A DNA stretch of 43,187 nucleotides from Ginsengibacter sp. (GCA_040002575.1 JBDUEG010000001.1:1-43187); one strand, 5' to 3'; counted from the first letter of the stretch, positions 9,415 through 21,619 are shown. Translations and numbers: made by a program. The notes: generated by a model from the letters alone, not told the origin.

Positions 9415-11268
9415 ATGATGAATAACAGAGAAGAGGTTTTAAAGGATGTAGTAATAAAATTTGCCGGGGATAGTGGAGACGGCATGCAACTTACCGGGAC
9501 ACAGTTTACAAATAATACGGCCTTACTTGGTCTTGATCTTGCTACATTTCCTGATTTTCCGGCAGAAATAAGAGCACCACAAGGCACCCTTCCGGGTGTT
9601 AGCGGATTCCAGCTAAGATTTTCCAGCGATAGAATATTTACTCCAGGGGATACTTGTGATGTACTTGTTGCAATGAATGCTGCCGCGCTTAAAACCAATC
9701 TAAGGGAGTTAAAAAAGAACGGGAAAATTATTGCGAATGTTGATGGCTTTGATGCAAAAAACCTTCGCCTTGCCAATTATCCCGACGGTATAAACCCTCT
9801 TGAAAATGGCAGCCTTGATGGTTACGAAGTAATAAAGATAGATGTTACGAAAATAACAAGGGAGTCTTTGAAAGATTTTGAAATGGGCACTAAAGAAAAA
9901 GACAGGGCAAAGAATATGTTTGTGCTTGGCTTTCTTTATTGGATGTATAACCGGAATTTAGATAACACGATCCAATTCCTCACTGAAAAGTTTTCCAAAA
10001 AGCCTGACATACTTAACAGTAATATCAAGGTATTAAAAGCGGGGTATAATTATGGAGACACTATCGAAACTTTCACAACGAGGTACTCGGTAGAAAAAGC
10101 AAAGATGCCTCCCGGTAATTACCGAAGCATCATGGGCAACCAGGCATTAGCTTATGGTCTCATCGCTGCTTCGCAGAAAAGTGGGTTGCAATTATTTTTA
10201 GGTTCCTATCCAATTACACCTGCAAGCGATATATTACATGAATTAAGCCGTCATAAATCTTTCGGAGTAAAAACATTTCAGGCCGAAGATGAAATTGCTG
10301 CAATCACTTCTGCAATTGGTGCAGCGTACGGTGGAAGCCTTGGCGTTACCTCAACAAGTGGTCCCGGTATGGCCCTGAAAGCGGAAGCAATGGGGCTTGC
10401 GATGATGCTTGAGATTCCTTTGCTGATTTGTAATATTCAGCGTGGAGGGCCTTCCACGGGCTTACCTACAAAAACTGAACAAAGTGATTTACTTCAGGCG
10501 TATTATGGAAGGAATGGTGAATGTCCCATACCTATAGTTTCTGCCTCCACCCCCAGTGATTGTTTTAGTGCGGTGTATGAAGCAGTTCGTATTGCTGTAC
10601 AGCACATGACACCAGTTATTTTCCTGAGTGATGGATATATTGCCAATGGTGCAGAGCCCTGGAAATATCCTGAAGCAAAGGACCTGCCGCCTATTGAAGT
10701 AAATTTCAAAACTGAGCTTGGGCATCATGAAGAAACTTTTCAGCCTTATCTAAGAGATGAAAATCTGGTCAGGCCGTGGGCGATTCCTGGATATGCCGGC
10801 CTGGAACACAGAGTAGGGGGTCTTGAAAAACAAAATATAACCGGTAACGTAAGCTATGATCCAGACAATCATCAATTGATGGTAAAATTGCGGCAACAAA
10901 AGGTTGACAAGATTGCAGATGATATACCTGAACAAAAAATTGACAATGGATCTGATGAAGGAAAATTATTGATATTAAGTTGGGGTAGTACCTATGGGGC
11001 CGTTAAAAGTGCAGTATCAGATCTGATTGCTGAAGACTATTCTGTTTCGCATGTGCACTTGCGTTATGTGAGGCCTTTTCCAAAAAACCTGGGAGAAATA
11101 ATAAAAAAGTTTGAAATGGTGCTTATTCCTGAGCTGAATAATGGCCAGCTTATAAAGATAATCCGGGATCAATATTTAGTCGATGCAAAAGGCTACAACA
11201 AAATTATGGGTGTGCCTTTTACGAAGCATGAACTGGTAGATGAAGTAAAAAAGATGCTACCGGTGTAA
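9415..11268 (+). CDS. korA: 2-oxoacid:ferredoxin oxidoreductase alpha subunit (fused gamma-alpha)
   Basis: FAGDSGDGMQLTG, PAEIRAP, SYPITPAS, QAEDEIAA, TSGPG, QRGGPSTGLPTKTEQSD, ELNNGQL. Confidence 0.9.
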   Translation: MMNNREEVLKDVVIKFAGDSGDGMQLTGTQFTNNTALLGLDLATFPDFPAEIRAPQGTLPGVSGFQLRFSSDRIFTPGDTCDVLVAMNAAALKTNLRELKKNGKIIANVDGFDAKNLRLANYPDGINPLENGSLDGYEVIKIDVTKITRESLKDFEMGTKEKDRAKNMFVLGFLYWMYNRNLDNTIQFLTEKFSKKPDILNSNIKVLKAGYNYGDTIETFTTRYSVEKAKMPPGNYRSIMGNQALAYGLIAASQKSGLQLFLGSYPITPASDILHELSRHKSFGVKTFQAEDEIAAITSAIGAAYGGSLGVTSTSGPGMALKAEAMGLAMMLEIPLLICNIQRGGPSTGLPTKTEQSDLLQAYYGRNGECPIPIVSASTPSDCFSAVYEAVRIAVQHMTPVIFLSDGYIANGAEPWKYPEAKDLPPIEVNFKTELGHHEETFQPYLRDENLVRPWAIPGYAGLEHRVGGLEKQNITGNVSYDPDNHQLMVKLRQQKVDKIADDIPEQKIDNGSDEGKLLILSWGSTYGAVKSAVSDLIAEDYSVSHVHLRYVRPFPKNLGEIIKKFEMVLIPELNNGQLIKIIRDQYLVDAKGYNKIMGVPFTKHELVDEVKKMLPV

Positions 11269-11284
11269 TTGAACAACCAGGAAA

Positions 11285-12199
11285 TTATCTGCGTTCTCTC
11301 CCAAGCGTTAACCCAAGCTTGATACTAAAAGTTATATAAGAGTCATTATTAATCGGTCTTCCTCTTATACCATCAGGATGTGCTGTAGTTGCTCCTGGCT
11401 TATGCCTGTCATTTAGAAGTATAGCTTGTGTGAGTTTGGTGCCGGTAAAATAGTTCTGATATACCGTAGGGTCAACGTACCGTCCGCTAACATCATCAAG
11501 ATAATCCGTTTGTAAAATCCTCGTAACAATTTCTGCTCTTAAATTAAGCAGAGCCGATATATCGTAACGGGCACCTATCCCTAAAGGAAAACATACCTGG
11601 TTTAATTTATAAACTTTGCTGTTTGGGTATTCTGCAAAGCCTTCTCCCTCTGTGCTCAGGGGTTGCAAATTCACGTAGTTGTTATTTAGTTTTGCCTGCG
11701 GATTGAAATGAAAATAACCTATACCGGCCAGTAAGTATGGCGAGACTGCAGGAGGATAATGATCATCATCGTAATTTCCAAAAATAAAAAAAGGATGAGC
11801 TTCTAGTACCAGTGATATTTCCGCTATAGAGCTGCGAAAACTCAAGTTCCTTTCGTAACGTTCATTGGTAGTAGGAGCAACTTTTTTTAAAATGCTGTCG
11901 TAAGCATGTATCTGACCGAAGGTTGCTTCCAGCCTCAAAGCAAATTCATTTTTGTAAACTGTGCTAAAGAATATGCTGCCGCTGAACTGAGTGTTTTTGA
12001 AATTGAAATCCTTAACAAACTTTTTTCCAAGTCCTTTTCTTCCGCCAAGGTCGGTAAACGCATTCATGGCGCCCACAGATCCGCCTATTTCGAAAACAAA
12101 ATCACTCTCATAATACCTTCCATCATAAAAGTAGTATTGGGCATTTAATTGTTTTGCGCTGCCAAATAGCAGAAATAAAAAGATGAGTTTAATTTTCAT
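11285..12199 (-). CDS. DUF6089/PorG-like outer-membrane beta-barrel protein
   Basis: Signal peptide, FTDLGG, RNLSFRS, LQPLSTEGEG, TDYLDDVSG, terminal amphipathic strand. Confidence 0.65.
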   Translation of the reverse strand: MKIKLIFLFLLFGSAKQLNAQYYFYDGRYYESDFVFEIGGSVGAMNAFTDLGGRKGLGKKFVKDFNFKNTQFSGSIFFSTVYKNEFALRLEATFGQIHAYDSILKKVAPTTNERYERNLSFRSSIAEISLVLEAHPFFIFGNYDDDHYPPAVSPYLLAGIGYFHFNPQAKLNNNYVNLQPLSTEGEGFAEYPNSKVYKLNQVCFPLGIGARYDISALLNLRAEIVTRILQTDYLDDVSGRYVDPTVYQNYFTGTKLTQAILLNDRHKPGATTAHPDGIRGRPINNDSYITFSIKLGLTLGRERR

Positions 12200-12272
12200 A
12201 ACGACGATTAATTAATAAAATGCCTGGGGCGGAGCAATGTGTTTTGGAATTATACAAAATAAGCACAAATTT

Positions 12273-12923
12273 TCAATAAGTTGATTTTACAACTTTATTA
12301 TAATATTTACAAACGGGTTTTAGGCCACAATCATTGCATTTGGGTTTTCGGGCCACACAAATATATCGTCCGTGTAGTATCAGCCAATGATGTGCTCTAT
12401 GAATAAAATGAGTAGGGATATACTTAATCAATTGTTTTTCTGACTCAAGTGGAGTTTTGGCATTTGTAGTTAAACCAATACGAGCCGCTACCCTGAAAAC
12501 GTGTGTGTCAACAGCCATGTTGGGCTGTTTATCGATTACAGAAGTAATAACGTTTGCGGTTTTACGACCTACGCCAGGCAATGTGACCAACTCTTCAACA
12601 GTCATTGGAATTTGACCGTTGTAATTTTCAGCTACCATTTGTGCCATTCCCAGCAGATGCTTTGTTTTATTATTAGGATACGAAATGCTTTTAATAAAAG
12701 GAAAAAGCTCTTCAACTGTCGATCTACTTAATGCATAGATATCAGGGAATTTTCTAAAGATGGATGGCGTGGTCTCATTAACCCTCTTGTCAGTACATTG
12801 AGCCGATAGAATAACTGAAACTAACAGCTCGTAAGGGTTTTCAAAAATTAGCTCGGTCTCTGCGTTTGGCGTATGGGATAAAAAATAATCTATAACAAAT
12901 TGATAAAGCTCTTTTTTTTTCAT
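12273..12923 (-). CDS. nth: Endonuclease III
   Basis: LSAQCTDKRVN, HhH motif LPGVGRKTANV, AVDTHV, 4Fe-4S motif C-X6-C-X2-C-X5-C. Start set at ATG 12923. Confidence 0.95.
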   Translation of the reverse strand: MKKKELYQFVIDYFLSHTPNAETELIFENPYELLVSVILSAQCTDKRVNETTPSIFRKFPDIYALSRSTVEELFPFIKSISYPNNKTKHLLGMAQMVAENYNGQIPMTVEELVTLPGVGRKTANVITSVIDKQPNMAVDTHVFRVAARIGLTTNAKTPLESEKQLIKYIPTHFIHRAHHWLILHGRYICVARKPKCNDCGLKPVCKYYNKVVKSTY

Positions 12924-12954
12924 AAAAAAAATCCCGCCTTTTAATGGGCAGGAC
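12924..12954 (-). terminator. Intrinsic terminator-like hairpin abutting the nth start codon
   Basis: Minus strand: GUCCUGCC-CAUUAAAA-GGCGGGAU, then a U run, then AUG. Confidence 0.55.
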
Positions 12955-12977
12955 AAAAATACTTTTAAAATTTTTTT

Positions 12978-13214
12978 TTAATGTGAGTGTAAATGTTTTT
13001 CCTGCTTACTGGCATATTGCAGAATCTTGTCTATTGATTCCTGCCTTGGAGAAAGATCAACATCTTCAAGGCTTTTTTTAGATGCCAACAGCGTTTCAAA
13101 ACTATCTCTTAAGTTCATGTCGGATTCCAGTGCTTCTTTTACAAGTTCAGATTTTTTCTCTGAGGTCTCGTTATAAAGATACCGTACCAGATCTTCCTGG
13201 GTAATTTGTGTCAT
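12978..13214 (-). CDS. Small hypothetical protein resembling anti-sigma N-terminal domains
   Basis: 78 aa helical ORF; EDLVRYLYNETS..VKEAL pattern; co-oriented between ftsB and nth. Confidence 0.7.
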   Translation of the reverse strand: MTQITQEDLVRYLYNETSEKKSELVKEALESDMNLRDSFETLLASKKSLEDVDLSPRQESIDKILQYASKQEKHLHSH

Positions 13215-13290
13215 AAAAAAAGGGTTAAATGCATTAATAAAATCTATCCATAAACTTAAACGCCCTTCGTACAGAAATATTGTTAGCAGG

Positions 13291-13590
13291 CTACTTAATT
13301 AAAGAGGAGTCAAAACTAATAATGTAAAGGTCCTCATTGTCTTTTTTCATAAGGAATTTTTCGCGGGCATACCTCTCAAGAGTCTCAGGATTCGTTTTCA
13401 AAAGTTTCAGTTCGTGCCTTGTGTCAGCAATCTGATTGTCCATTATTCTTTCACTTGCCTGCAACTTATGAAGTTCGTTTACCCTTTTCAACTGGAGCGG
13501 TAAATCATTTCTGTCAAAGAACAGCATCCAAATGACAAAAGTCATGCCCGTAATCAAATACTTATTAGTGAGAATTGAAAGTTTGGACAT
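13291..13590 (-). CDS. ftsB: FtsB/DivIC septum formation initiator
   Basis: NKY + single TM (WMLFFDRN) + coiled coil + LERYAREKFLMKKDNED; directly downstream of eno. Confidence 0.85.
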   Translation of the reverse strand: MSKLSILTNKYLITGMTFVIWMLFFDRNDLPLQLKRVNELHKLQASERIMDNQIADTRHELKLLKTNPETLERYAREKFLMKKDNEDLYIISFDSSLIK

Positions 13591-13645
13591 CTGTTATTTA
13601 ATTATTAAAGGTCCCTGTATTATAAAAACTCTATGGCTCCGGAAA

Positions 13646-15873
<2,228 letters not shown>

Positions 15874-15878
15874 GGGAG

Positions 15879-15886
15879 CAAATGTA
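15879..15886 (-). promoter_or_regulatory. Bacteroidota sigma-70 -7 element (TACATTTG) 5 nt before the gldA ATG
   Basis: Minus strand TACATTTG-ctccc-ATG matches TAnnTTTG. Confidence 0.5.
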
Positions 15887-15966
15887 AATAAGATTGAATA
15901 AACTATAAAAACGTAAAGCAAAAGATATCCAACGATATATATTCTTCAACTAATATCTATTTCTTA

Positions 15967-17196
15967 CTAGTCTTTGCTTCGTGGCTTGTTCCTGTTATTA
16001 TTAGGACGAGATCTTTGCTGATTATGGTTTTGAGCCTTCTGCTGATGTTGCTGGCTTCCGGAGTTATTAGTTGTTCGACGGTTATTATCATTTCTCCGTT
16101 TGCGTGTATTTTTTTCAAGAGATTTAATAGTTATATGCCCAACCACATCAACAAATTCAGGTTCAACTTCTTTAATTTTTCCACTTACTACTTCTACTGT
16201 TTCCAACGTGTCGGGCTTGATACCATTTTTATTTTGCGCCTGTATTTTTTTTACGCTTTCTATTGAAAGAGGATAATGCTTGGTACTTTCCGGCATCGTG
16301 TACCACATCAGGTTTCGAAAAATATCCTTTTTAATTAAAAAAGCCCTGCCTTTGGTTACTTCAATAACTTCAGCATCATTAGGAAAATGCTGTAATGCAT
16401 CGAGGTATGTATCCAGCTCATAATTCAGGCAGCATTTCAAACGTCCACATTGCCCACTAAGCTTCGTTTGATTTATACTAAGGTTTTGATAACGTGCGGC
16501 GTTTGTATTTACGCTTTTGAAATCAGTAAGCCACGTACTACAGCAAAGTTCACGCCCACAACTCCCAATGCCCCCAACCTTGCCGGCTTCCTGGCGGGCA
16601 CCTATTTGCCGCATTTCCACTTTTACCTTGAACTCGGAAGCATATATTTTTATAAGCTCCCTGAAATCCACCCGGTCATCCGCAATGTAAAAAAAAGTTC
16701 CCTTGCGGCCATCTGCCTGAATTTCCACCTCAGCCATTTTCAAGTCAACATTAAGTTGCCTTGCAATAGCCCTGCTCCTTATCAGTACCTGATGTTCCCG
16801 GGACTTTGTTTCTTTCCATTTTATGATGTCACCATCAGTAGCGAGTCTTAAAATCTTTTTAATATCTGCACTGTCTTCCTTTATCCCTTTCTTTTTTAAT
16901 TGAAGTCGTACTAATTCGCCAGTTATGCTTACTGTGCCAACATCAAAACCACTTACACCTTCAACCGACACTATATCTCCCTTCTCAAAATATTGTAAAG
17001 AGCTATTACTGTAAAAGTCCTTCCTGCTACCCTGGTTAAATGATATCTCAACAATACGACAATTACTTTCAGGATCACTAAAAGGCAGATTTGCGAGCCA
17101 GTCATGAACATTCATCCTGTTGCATCCACCTGTGCTACACCCGCCATTACTTTTACATCCACCAGGTTTTCCTGTACTACAACTTGTACAACTCAT
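15967..17196 (-). CDS. ricT: PSP1-domain protein, RicT/YaaT family
   Basis: Cys-rich N-terminus, RVDFRELIK, MRQIGARQEA, GSCGRELCC, KLSGQCGRLKCCLNYE; low-complexity N/Q/R tail. Confidence 0.9.
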   Translation of the reverse strand: MSCTSCSTGKPGGCKSNGGCSTGGCNRMNVHDWLANLPFSDPESNCRIVEISFNQGSRKDFYSNSSLQYFEKGDIVSVEGVSGFDVGTVSITGELVRLQLKKKGIKEDSADIKKILRLATDGDIIKWKETKSREHQVLIRSRAIARQLNVDLKMAEVEIQADGRKGTFFYIADDRVDFRELIKIYASEFKVKVEMRQIGARQEAGKVGGIGSCGRELCCSTWLTDFKSVNTNAARYQNLSINQTKLSGQCGRLKCCLNYELDTYLDALQHFPNDAEVIEVTKGRAFLIKKDIFRNLMWYTMPESTKHYPLSIESVKKIQAQNKNGIKPDTLETVEVVSGKIKEVEPEFVDVVGHITIKSLEKNTRKRRNDNNRRTTNNSGSQQHQQKAQNHNQQRSRPNNNRNKPRSKD

Positions 17197-17342
17197 ATAA
17201 TTTGTTCAAAAAATTTTTCAAAAAAAAATGAAGGGCGAGAATACTTAAAACAGATGAAGCTTACAGCATGGGCACATAATAATTTCCGACTATAACCTCC
17301 TTACATTCGGGAAGTGATCCTAAAATTTTGCGTAGTAAAATA

Positions 17343-17364
17343 TACCTGACCAATGAGCCAGGTA
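17343..17364 (-). terminator. Hairpin in the holB-ricT intergenic region
   Basis: Minus strand UACCUGGC-UCAUUG-GUCAGGUA (8-bp stem, one G-U pair) followed by UAUUUU. Confidence 0.3.
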
Positions 17365-17433
17365 ATAACTAAATATGTGTATAGCTGAAATTCGGTTCAC
17401 AAGGCAATTAAGCATCTCTTCAATTCATTTACA

Positions 17434-18660
17434 TCAATTAATCAAAACTAACGAATTATCTCTAATTATATGATACAGCCGAATTGACAATGCATGAAAC
17501 AACATCTTGGAGTGTGCGTTCCTTTCAATGTAATATGCCGCCTTACTCAATTCGTTTATAATTGCTTCCTGCGCCTCGACACTGCATATTTTATTCAGCC
17601 TTACGGCAAAATCTTTTTCATTTTCGGCAATAAGAAGATGTAGTGCCGGATCATCAATATGGCCTATCCTTATTGCCTGCTCAAGCAGATGAATAAAATA
17701 ACGTACAAACTGTTTTTGCTTTTCTCTGCCCAAACGGGTAATTACATCAATCCATTTAATTTGAGCTGCTGGTCCGTTTTTTAAGATTGTATTAAGCCAA
17801 TCCCGGGCCAGGCCTTGCCAATCTTCTTCGGCATGCTGCAATGATAGCAGTGCTTCGCGGTAATTACCTTCACACACGCACGAGATTTGATGGGCTTTAC
17901 CAGCTTCTACGTTTGATCTGGTTATTAGAGCTTCTTCAATTTCCTTATCGGTTAGCGGCGGCACCTTTATGAGTTGCGTTCTTGATAAAATCGTTGGTAA
18001 GATAGCCTGCTCATCTTCTGCAACGAAAATAAACAAGGTGTCAGGCGGTGGTTCTTCAATAAGCTTAAGAAGTTTATTACCAGCAGTCCCAAGAAGTTCC
18101 GGCATCCACATTATCAAAATCTTAAAACCACTTTCAAACGCTTTCAGGCTAAGCTTATGATTAATCTCGTTACATTCTTTAGCAGTTATATTTCCCTGCT
18201 TGTTTTCAGCATCCAAAAACTGGAGCCAATCATATACATTTCCATAGGGATTCAACAAGAAAAATTCCCTCCACTCCGAAATATAATCATCGCTTACCGG
18301 AGGTGTACCTGATTTTTTTGGTATTACGGGGAAAGAAAAATGTATATCCGGATGAATCAATTGATTCGCCTTTACGCAGGCTGGGCAACTTCCACAGGAA
18401 TCAGCTGGAATATTTTTATCATTGATAGAAGAAATAATATCGGGTTCAGCAGAATCGAATAAATCTATAATTGAAGCTTTGCTTTTTTCAACCCTGGCTG
18501 AGTTGCAAACAATGTATTGCGCAAAAGCAATTGCGAGAGAAAGAGAACCGCTGCCTTCCTTGCCTAAGAATAAAAGTGCATGACTTAGCCTGTTGTTTTG
18601 AACCAGGTCAATCAAATGCTTTTTTATCGCCTGTTGGCCAATAACATTTTCAAGTTGCAT
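17434..18660 (-). CDS. holB: DNA polymerase III delta-prime subunit
   Basis: HALLFLG, CGSCPAC, HPDIHF, NKLLKLIEEPP, LPTILSR; upstream of ricT. Confidence 0.92.
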   Translation of the reverse strand: MQLENVIGQQAIKKHLIDLVQNNRLSHALLFLGKEGSGSLSLAIAFAQYIVCNSARVEKSKASIIDLFDSAEPDIISSINDKNIPADSCGSCPACVKANQLIHPDIHFSFPVIPKKSGTPPVSDDYISEWREFFLLNPYGNVYDWLQFLDAENKQGNITAKECNEINHKLSLKAFESGFKILIMWMPELLGTAGNKLLKLIEEPPPDTLFIFVAEDEQAILPTILSRTQLIKVPPLTDKEIEEALITRSNVEAGKAHQISCVCEGNYREALLSLQHAEEDWQGLARDWLNTILKNGPAAQIKWIDVITRLGREKQKQFVRYFIHLLEQAIRIGHIDDPALHLLIAENEKDFAVRLNKICSVEAQEAIINELSKAAYYIERNAHSKMLFHALSIRLYHIIRDNSLVLIN

Positions 18661-18749
18661 GGAAATAAGAGTAAGCCTTGCTTAAATCAAATTACAAATT
18701 TTACAATGGGAAACGTGCCTTCTACGAATAATCGTTATCGTATTCCTGA

Positions 18750-19337
18750 TTAATTCAAAAACTTAACCAGCATATCGTAAGCTTCTTTGCCTTTTGCATC
18801 AGTATTGTCAGGCATTAGCCTTGCTTTATTATTAAAAACGGTCAGGAAATTTCCATTCTCGTCAAATAAGAATTTAGTAAAATTCCATTGAATAGGATTT
18901 GTAAATCCTTTTTTGGCTGCTTCATCAACAATGTATTTATAAATAGGAGCCATGTCAGTTCCCGCTACTGAAACTTTTGCCGCCATGGGGAAAGAAACCC
19001 CATAGTTCTTCTTACAAAACTCAGCTATCTCATCATTACTTCCGGGCTCCTGAGCACCAAAATTATTGGCAGGAAAGCCAACAATAACAAGCTTGTCTTT
19101 ATATTTTTCATATAGTTTTTCCAGGTCGTCATATTGAGGAGTATTTCCACATTTTGAAGCGGTGTTTACAACCAGGATTTTTTTTCCTTTAAACTTTGAA
19201 AAGTCAATAGTACCCCCATCAAGAGCATCAACCTTAAATTGCAAAATTGAAGGCGGTTTAAAAAAATCAAAAGTTGAAGAAGGAATTATAAATGATAAAA
19301 GAATGAGGGAAGCAAATCCTAAAAATATCGTTTTCAT
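18750..19337 (-). CDS. Glutathione peroxidase family, Cys-type, exported
   Basis: VNTASKCG, FPANNFGAQEPG, WNFTKFL; signal-like N-terminus from ATG 19337. Confidence 0.92.
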   Translation of the reverse strand: MKTIFLGFASLILLSFIIPSSTFDFFKPPSILQFKVDALDGGTIDFSKFKGKKILVVNTASKCGNTPQYDDLEKLYEKYKDKLVIVGFPANNFGAQEPGSNDEIAEFCKKNYGVSFPMAAKVSVAGTDMAPIYKYIVDEAAKKGFTNPIQWNFTKFLFDENGNFLTVFNNKARLMPDNTDAKGKEAYDMLVKFLN

Positions 19338-19415
19338 TTTTTTTAGGTAAAGATAAGCAATAGATAAGTTAAGGAAAAAATGGTTATAACGGAGATAATT
19401 GATCCGGTGATACAT

Positions 19416-20825
19416 TTATTTCTCATAGCATCCAAGATCGGGAATTCCGGAACGAATAACATCGTCAAGGTCCATGGTATATGTCGTTACTGATCCGGCA
19501 TCAATCGCAGGTGCAAACGGATCTTTACTAAAATGAAAGTCATAATAATTTCTCGAAATATTTATACTGTCAAATAACGGGTCTGTATTTTTCAAAGTGT
19601 TATTTGTAAAAGTTGCATCTGCAGGATCGTTATCTTTTACCTTATATAATGTGTTATTAAAAATTACAGAAAAAGCAGGAGTAGGTTTTTTGCCAACCAC
19701 AATTTCGTTATCAACAGAACCTCCTTCACCCCAAAAAATACAATTTGTAAATGTGGCATTAATATCCTTAACAAACGTTGCGTTTCCCTGGTCGGCAAAA
19801 TTTGAAACCTGCAAAACAGGATTTTTATGATCTATAAAAAAATTGCTGTACGAAGCAACCGTGCAATGAACAAAAGAATAGTCACCACCTAAGGCCAACA
19901 CTATATTTTTTCCGCAGTTACTTATCAGGCAATTGTCGGCGTAGATATTTGTATTAATTCCAAATACACCCGCATCATATGCATTGTCAATAATGCATTG
20001 TGATAAGGTGAGCTTAGGAATCGCATTTAGGGAAAGATCCTGAGAGATAACTCCCTGGTATGAATTTTTGATAACAGCAAATTTTAAATTATTTTCTTTA
20101 CTGCTGCTATTGAAATATATGCCAGGCCAACTTGCAGGGAAGTCTTTATAGTCAGGATCGAGCCGATCACCTGCAAAGACCACTTTGTTCTGTTTTGTTC
20201 CTGTTACAATTAAAGTTCCATTTACGAGCAAGGGAGCATTTGGATGCAGAAAAATTTTTGTTCCTTCGGTAATAGTCAACGTTGCATTTGTATCCACCAA
20301 TAAACCACCGAGGATCACAAAAGGTAGAGAATCATTCCAGGTTTCATCCTGTGTAAGTTTTACTTTGTCAAGAAATATTGCATTTTGCCCATAAGCTTGT
20401 AACTGAACAAGCATTCGGTTGCCATTATAATCTATTGAGATACTATCTGTGATGATGAAAGGCAGGTTAGCAACGGTTGGATCTATTTTTACCTGCACAA
20501 AAACGTATATACTATCGTTGGAATTTATCTCGATGTCATCTACTTCGTTTGCTGAAATGCCATCGACATTTATTTTAAAAAAAGAAGAGTTTCCTCCTGA
20601 TAGTTTGACTTTTGATAATAAAAGCTTTTGATTATTATTATTAAAAATCTTGAAAGATTTTGTGATGGAACCTACAGAAGTAAAAACTGTATCATAAGAT
20701 AGAGTATCTGCACTGGTATATAGCCTTGCATCACCGCTGGTAATAAACGATTGTTTCTTGCAGGAAAAAATCAATAATCCAAATAGAAAAATAAAACCTG
20801 CGTATTTTATTAAAGGCCATTTCAT
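19416..20825 (-). CDS. Hypothetical lipoprotein with Ig-like and beta-helix-like regions
   Basis: Lipobox IFSC, repeated NC/I-x-N strands, C-terminal AIDAG...DLGCYE. Confidence 0.7.
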   Translation of the reverse strand: MKWPLIKYAGFIFLFGLLIFSCKKQSFITSGDARLYTSADTLSYDTVFTSVGSITKSFKIFNNNNQKLLLSKVKLSGGNSSFFKINVDGISANEVDDIEINSNDSIYVFVQVKIDPTVANLPFIITDSISIDYNGNRMLVQLQAYGQNAIFLDKVKLTQDETWNDSLPFVILGGLLVDTNATLTITEGTKIFLHPNAPLLVNGTLIVTGTKQNKVVFAGDRLDPDYKDFPASWPGIYFNSSSKENNLKFAVIKNSYQGVISQDLSLNAIPKLTLSQCIIDNAYDAGVFGINTNIYADNCLISNCGKNIVLALGGDYSFVHCTVASYSNFFIDHKNPVLQVSNFADQGNATFVKDINATFTNCIFWGEGGSVDNEIVVGKKPTPAFSVIFNNTLYKVKDNDPADATFTNNTLKNTDPLFDSINISRNYYDFHFSKDPFAPAIDAGSVTTYTMDLDDVIRSGIPDLGCYEK

Positions 20826-20901
20826 AAAATTTGCTCAGTTATTTAAGTATATGTCTTAAACGTTTCATTATTGAGGTACAATATTATTATATAAAAATAT
20901 T

Positions 20902-21603
20902 TTATTTCGTAGCGAATGCCAGTGCAGCAACGCTTAACCTGGCATTGCTGACTTTCAAAATTTCTGCACCGCATGCTTCCATCGTAGCGCCAGTAGTTAC
21001 GACATCATCCACAAGTAAAATATGTTTTCCTTCCAATGCGGAAGAATCTTTTATTGTAAAGCTTTTCTCCACATTTTCCCAGCGTTCTATCCTGCCTTTC
21101 TTTGTTTGTGTATCGGTATGAACTATTCGTATTACATTGTTAACCGCGATAGGGAGATTCGTCACTTCAGCAATGCCCTCACATAATACCATTGCCTGGT
21201 TGTAACCTCTCTTAAGTTCCTTTTTTGCAAATAAAGGTAAAGGAACAAGTGTATCAATATCCAAAAAGCGATTACTTTTAAGCAGGCTGTTTCCCATAAG
21301 ATTTCCCAGGTAATTCCCTGCCTTTCTATTTCCCTTATATTTTAGTTCGTGAATAAGGTTTTGGATAATCGAACCTTTGGAGAAATAAAATTCGCTCATG
21401 CCTGTAGTAACCGCTATTCTTCCCCAGAAAATTTTTTCAAGTGGATTATTCGCATGGCTTGCAAACCCCGTATGCGGAAGATTATTAATGCATTCGAGGC
21501 ATAAAAAATTTTCATTCGCAATGATATCGCTACCACAGCCAATGCAGGTATGAGGATAAAAGAAATGAACAAGGGGTGAAACAATATCGGAATTGATTTT
21601 CAA
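20902..21603 (-). CDS. comF: ComF family amidophosphoribosyltransferase-like protein
   Basis: CxxC..CxxC, RGYNQA, LLVDDVVTTGAT; TTG start. Confidence 0.88.
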   Translation of the reverse strand: MKINSDIVSPLVHFFYPHTCIGCGSDIIANENFLCLECINNLPHTGFASHANNPLEKIFWGRIAVTTGMSEFYFSKGSIIQNLIHELKYKGNRKAGNYLGNLMGNSLLKSNRFLDIDTLVPLPLFAKKELKRGYNQAMVLCEGIAEVTNLPIAVNNVIRIVHTDTQTKKGRIERWENVEKSFTIKDSSALEGKHILLVDDVVTTGATMEACGAEILKVSNARLSVAALAFATK

Positions 21604-21619
21604 ATAATTTTATTTCTTT

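Noticed and set aside
15967-16110. N/Q/R-rich tail of RicT as a repeat element
   Set aside because: Low-complexity disordered protein tail without a regular DNA repeat unit.
19149-19151. Selenocysteine in the glutathione peroxidase
   Set aside because: The active-site codon is TGT (Cys) and the frame is uninterrupted.
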